Positions 62,224-64,000 of a stretch of 64,000 nucleotides of DNA are shown piece after piece. Position 1 is the first letter of the stretch, and each line of letters opens with the position of its first letter. The stretch comes from Lama guanicoe (taxonomy: Eukaryota): assembly GCA_013239625.1 (NCBI GenBank), contig MU053472.1, forward strand, positions 1,178,001-1,242,000. Reading direction: 5' to 3'. Under the pieces are notes generated by a model. It saw only the letters and a program-made list of their open reading frames with translations. It was not told the DNA's origin and did no database searches. The translations under genes and the position numbers were made by a program.

Positions 62224-62779
62224 CTAGAGATAAAAATGGTAAATTTAACTTCACTGATTGGTGTCAAATGATAGACATAGAATACTTCACATTCTCTATA
62301 TGAAATCCACTTTCTAGATGGGAGCTGGTATTAGCAATAGCTCTCAACTGAATGAATTATCAATGATTCACTTTAGCAAATTTGAACTTTAAACTTAAAT
62401 TTTTCTTTCTTTAAACAAACCATCTCAATGGAGGCCGATTTCCAAATTTCTATGTAAGATAGAAAAAAAGAGAGAGAGATAAAGGAAGAAAGGAAGCAAG
62501 CAAGCAAGTACCACTTTGCAGAATATTTCATTAACATTACATATTTTAATATATCTCATGCAGAGAATATTTTCTTTCCTGAAATCTGAAGATTGAGGAG
62601 AAAGGTAAAGGGGAGACGAAAAGGATATAGGAGATGAAGCATAAAGGTGGCATTTCAATTTGAACAGCTATAAGAAAAACATTATTGCCACTAAGGCTAA
62701 TTATGCTTTTTAAGGCTCATTTTCTCAATTTATTTGGCTTCTCTAAATATCATCACAAAAGATGTGATTTCCCCCCCAA

Positions 62780-64000
62780 TATTTTATCCTGAAACTTTTC
62801 AAAAATACAGAAAAGTTGAAAGAATTTTATACTGAAAACCGATACCCATTACCTACTTCTAACATTAACATTTTATTATACTTAATCTATCCATCCCTCA
62901 ATTCATCCATTAATCCATCTTAATTTTTGCATGCATTTCAATGTAAATTACAGATATTAGTACAGCTCTCTGTAAATATATCAGCATGCCTGTTTACAGT
63001 TTTGTTTACCTTTTAAGTTAAAATTTACCTGACAATGAAATACATAAGTTAGGTTTTTGAGATTCATCCATGTATCAGTAGTTCATTCTTTTTTATTGTT
63101 GAGTGATATTCCATTGTTTGAATATACTATCTTTTGTTTTATCCACTCTCCTACTGATAAAAACTTGGGCTTTGGATATCTTTTTTTGCAAGCAAACATT
63201 TTTTAAAGTGCAAATATAATACACATGCTTAAACGTGAACAAATCTTAAGCGTACAGTTCAGTGACTTTTCACAAAGTACACACACCTATGTAACCTACA
63301 TCCAGTCAAGAAACAGAACATTGTTGTTCCACTTTGGGTTCTTCCCAGATACTGCTGCACTCCTTTGATGTATTCACCATCCTAAATTCTACCACCATGG
63401 TTGGTTTTGTTTGCTTTTGAAATTTTTGGTCCAGTATTTTTTACTCAATATTATGTAAGATTCATCCACTTGTGTTGACTGTAGCACTAGTGCATTTATT
63501 TTTATTGCTTTAAAGTATACCATTTGTATGCATGTGCTTCCACTTACGTTAATGTATTTATTTATTGTTGATAGGTGTTTGGGTCATTTTCTGTTTGGGA
63601 CTATTACAAATAGTGATTACAAGAATTTGCTGCATGTTTTTTGGTGCTCAGATATACAAGTTTCTGATGGGTACACACATGGGTTAGACTTGCTGGGTAA
63701 TAGGGTATACATATGTTAAACTTTAATTTAAAAAAGCCCATTTCCAAAGTATTTGTAAGAATTTATATTCCCACTGGCAATGTGTACGAGTTGTCCTCAC
63801 TAATGCTTCATATCACTTAACAACTAACTATTCTAGTGATATCTAATGGTATTCCAAGTGTGGTTTTAATACGTATTTCCATTATTACTAAACAGGTTAG
63901 CCCCTTTCCATAGCTATTTGGATATTCTCTTTTATGAAGCACCTGTTCAAGTTTTTTGCACATTTTAATATTAAGGTTCTGCCTTTTTCTCATTGGTTTT
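62780..64000 (-). mobile_element. Patchwork of old L1 fragments, running off the window end
   Basis: gagattcatccatgt, ttgggtcattttctgtttgggactattac, ttatattcccactggcaatgtg motifs. Confidence 0.7.

Overview
Mammalian genomic DNA, most likely camelid, judging by eight tRNA-Ala-derived Vic-1-type SINEs. Positions ~13550-62223 hold the 3' part of the ubiquitin-specific protease gene USP32 on the minus strand. I traced 24 coding exons, all bounded by GT-AG splice sites. They splice into one uninterrupted frame of 3744 nt (1247 aa plus stop) covering the DUSP region, the Cys box ([12 protein letters not shown]), the His box (HSGILGGGHY...NDS) and a C-terminal CAAX motif (CVLQ*). A ~2.1 kb 3'UTR follows, and the 5' exons lie beyond the window end. 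Exon numbers follow the human 34-exon model from memory and are approximate. Positions 1-13500 are GC-rich, apparently intergenic sequence with solo ERV LTRs, a MER53 MITE, MIRs and candidate regulatory elements. The most notable observations are: (1) two independent TSD-flanked, polyadenylated LTR-derived fragments that look like a SINE-like retroposon family; (2) an in-frame alternative donor adding 14 aa at exon 16; (3) single exons with sharply elevated GC3/CpG, suggesting GC-biased gene conversion; (4) serial L1 insertions reusing one target site; (5) a CpG-rich solo LTR. I saw no convincing novel protein-coding system.
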